From Octopus sinensis (taxonomy: Eukaryota), in contig NW_021829879.1 of assembly GCF_006345805.1 (NCBI RefSeq), forward strand, positions 1 through 36,820: 36,820 nt of DNA. The letters run 5' to 3'. Below the pieces are notes generated by a model. The model was not told the origin of the DNA. It saw only the letters and a list, made by a program, of their open reading frames with translations, and searched no databases. The translations under genes and the position numbers were made by a program. Below, piece by piece: positions 35,793 through 36,820 of the stretch (position 1 is the stretch's first letter; the number at the start of each line of letters is the position of its first letter).

Positions 35793-35795
<3 letters not shown>
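35715..35795 (-). mobile_element. Deleted OK/Ceph-like SINE remnant
   Basis: ACGACGGACTTCTTTCAGTTTCCGTCTTCCAAATCCAC joined to CCACACAGC (head). Confidence 0.7.
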
Positions 35796-35826
<31 letters not shown>

Positions 35827-36525
35827 ATATGCATGTGCGTGTGTGTGTGTACATACATATACATGCACCCAACGCGAAAACGCGCGAACGCGTATGTCTA
35901 GAAGCTAAAGACAGTGAATTATCCGAAATGTCCAGGCGTCTGGAAGTTGCTTTGCGGTAATCGTTCTCTTAACTCAAACCGTGCCGTGGTCAGCTTTTTG
36001 TTTTACACTCTGTAAATAATGTACCAGTTCTATCTTGGTGTCTCTCCCTCTCATTCTTTGCTATTTCCATCTCTTTACGGAATAAATACTTTGAATTGCT
36101 AATTGAAGACTGATAGGTTCGTTACTCCGTATGGCACTCGATATCACCAATGATACACCGTATGGCATCGATATATCCTCGGTTCCCTCAGATGTCCTCC
36201 CTGTAAAGCTCAAGACCAAGGCAGATACAGACTACCACTCCTAAAAGTGGTAGATTCTCCGTCAGTATCGACGACGACCATTCAGATGTTTCGCGGGTTG
36301 AATTTCTGCTCGGTGATATTAACATGAAAACGGTTGCAGATTCCACAAATACATGTACACATAACGGAATACTAAAACTTAATCACCGTGAGATAATGTG
36401 TTTCGTAAGGCTTGGACACTACCAAAAGACTACCCGAAGTTCTTCACTAATCTAAGTAATATTGTTAGCCTGGTATACCAACAAAGAGCTTATGATTTAT
36501 TTTGCCCGGACTGATAATCCCTCAC

Positions 36526-36589
<64 letters not shown>

Positions 36590-36593
<4 letters not shown>

Positions 36594-36790
36594 TAATCCA
36601 AACAAGAAAGCAAAGAAACACAACAACACGAGGACGTGGAACAAATATAGCATTATTAGACGCTCAGGAAAGAAGGAAAGAAAGAGGGTTTAACGTTTCG
36701 AACGGAGCTCTTCGTCGGAAACATAGGAGAAGAAAGATCCAGGGAAGGGAAGACAGAGGAAAAGAAATCGCCAACGGTACACACGAGGTC
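36590..36790 (-). mobile_element. Probable Penelope-like terminal fragment between (TA)n tracts
   Basis: Pyrimidine-rich minus-strand segment with a central hammerhead fold. Confidence 0.5.
36688..36722 (-). ncRNA. Minimal type I hammerhead-like motif, U4C core variant
   Basis: Minus strand: GTTT-CCGACGA-A-GAGC-TCC-GTTC-GAAAC-GTT-AAAC. Stem I GTTT/AAAC, stem II GAGC/GTTC, palindromic stem III AACGTT. Confidence 0.62.
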
Positions 36791-36820
36791 ATATATATAT
36801 ATTTCTGTACACACACATAT

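Noticed and set aside
36232-36253. 8-bp hairpin CTACCACT/AGTGGTAG and the nearby 31-bp-period CCGTATGGCA repeat
   Set aside because: Isolated, with no associated termini or U-tract; within chance expectation.

Overview
Repeat-saturated, AT-rich, non-coding eukaryotic DNA. The tRNA-derived SINE families and the microsatellite load look like an octopus (coleoid cephalopod) genome; this is recalled resemblance, not a database result. No host protein-coding gene can be supported, and nearly all ORFs in the supplied track are microsatellite translations or run through SINEs. Recognisable content: about 20 SINE copies from at least three modular families, a truncated Tc1 DNA transposon with TIRs and TA TSD, an L1/Tx1 3' end inside (GATA)n, three R4/Dong-type LINE 3' fragments beside (TAA)n, and a Helitron-like 3' end. 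The most interesting items are: (1) a complete 520-bp miniature LTR retroelement (TRIM, 26171-26690) whose primer-binding site is an antisense copy of the whole 49-nt 3' part of a mature tRNA-Ser, including CCA; (2) three unrelated short Penelope-type fragments that each carry a minimal type I hammerhead ribozyme fold with a different core defect, plus a fold-back holding a fourth split motif; (3) SINE concatemers with the same junction at four separate loci; (4) a ~546-bp non-coding element sitting inside (AAT)n. Part of 17850-18900 looks like an assembly consensus artefact.
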